Shown here: positions 63,437 through 64,000 of the stretch, one piece after another
How the letters are laid out: each line of letters opens with the position of its first letter
Position numbering within the stretch: the first letter of the stretch is position 1
Origin: a virus
Direction: 5' to 3' (one strand)
Length of the DNA stretch: 64,000 bases
Virus record (IMG/VR): IMGVR_UViG_3300027756_000004
Program-made: the position numbers and the translations under genes
Notes under the pieces: model-generated
Seen by the model: the letters and a program-made list of their open reading frames with translations, nothing else
What the model was told of the DNA's origin: nothing
Databases searched by the model: none

Positions 63437-64000
63437 ATGAAATTACTAATCAACAACAAAGAACTGGCATATTTCCTTTGTAGTCTACTTTCTTTTTTTC
63501 AAATAGCTAGAGCACAAGTCACATATGACACGAGAGAAAGTGCTAATCATATTAAACTTATCAAAAGAAATATTAGATTACACAGACGTCATCTAAGAAA
63601 GTTGCGTAATTCTGGTGAGGTTAAACACGTGGAGCAAGCAAATAATGAAAGATTTAGTTTTGGCAAGTGGCCAGGCAAGTTGGAAAAAATTCTATATCGA
63701 GAGTTGTGTACATACGTGGGAAAAATATGGGAGAAAATGGATAGTCAGCATAGCCAATATTTTGAATTAATACACAACAACATGGACCAGGTTATAGCAG
63801 TGTTGGGAGAACAGCGTGTGCTTGACCTTTACAAAAAAAGCAAGTACAAATATTTTGTCAAGAGCACTGGTGACACCATAGACCCTCACGCAGAATATGT
63901 GCGCAGACAAAATTTTACCAATTACTCTGAGGACTGTTTGATTAGAAATACCACAGGCAACGAGCAACTGCTAACAGAAAAGATTGATAAAAAATATCCT
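63437..64000 (+). CDS. Hypothetical protein, 3'-truncated (not in the ORF track)
   Basis: ATG 63437 (MKLLINNKELAYF...) stays open for 188 codons to the window end; TAAATA at 63413-63418. Confidence 0.65.
   Translation, partial: MKLLINNKELAYFLCSLLSFFQIARAQVTYDTRESANHIKLIKRNIRLHRRHLRKLRNSGEVKHVEQANNERFSFGKWPGKLEKILYRELCTYVGKIWEKMDSQHSQYFELIHNNMDQVIAVLGEQRVLDLYKKSKYKYFVKSTGDTIDPHAEYVRRQNFTNYSEDCLIRNTTGNEQLLTEKIDKKYP

Noticed and set aside
1-64000. Stop-codon reassignment, introns or inteins
   Set aside because: Core genes (sheath, terminase, UvsX, SSB, HldE) are uninterrupted in the standard code, TAA, TAG and TGA all end genes, and no intein or intron signatures were seen.

Overview
This 64 kb window is the morphogenesis region of a large T4-superfamily myophage; the host cannot be determined from the sequence. 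From left to right it contains: (1) the 3' half of a porphobilinogen synthase (hemB) gene; (2) about 40 kb of paralogous baseplate, fibre and spike genes, including four beta-helix giants, a gp9/10-like fibre, three Cys-rich Gly-rich tip proteins and a 2146-aa giant, with an embedded GT9-carbamoyltransferase-GT9 cassette; (3) a minus-strand operon, gp14-gp15-NUDIX-hldE-hldD-cupin; (4) gp13, dNMP kinase, sheath, tube, gp54-like, gp4 and terminase; (5) putative internal head proteins; and (6) ssb, uvsX and uvsY. T4-type late promoter cores (TAAATA) precede most structural genes. There are two main candidates for undescribed biology. First, three phycobiliprotein-like domains with an intact bilin-attachment Cys-x-Arg-Asp motif are built into giant virion proteins, in a genome that also carries hemB, which suggests a bilin-chromophorylated virion. 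Second, a late-expressed ADP-heptose pathway occurs together with two atypical GT9 transferases and a carbamoyltransferase, which suggests phage-encoded virion glycosylation. Also notable are a type-1 copper-like site on a fibre, a class of leaderless late genes (TAAATA-N5-ATG) and two structured 5' leaders. All protein calls come from motif recognition by eye; no searches were run.
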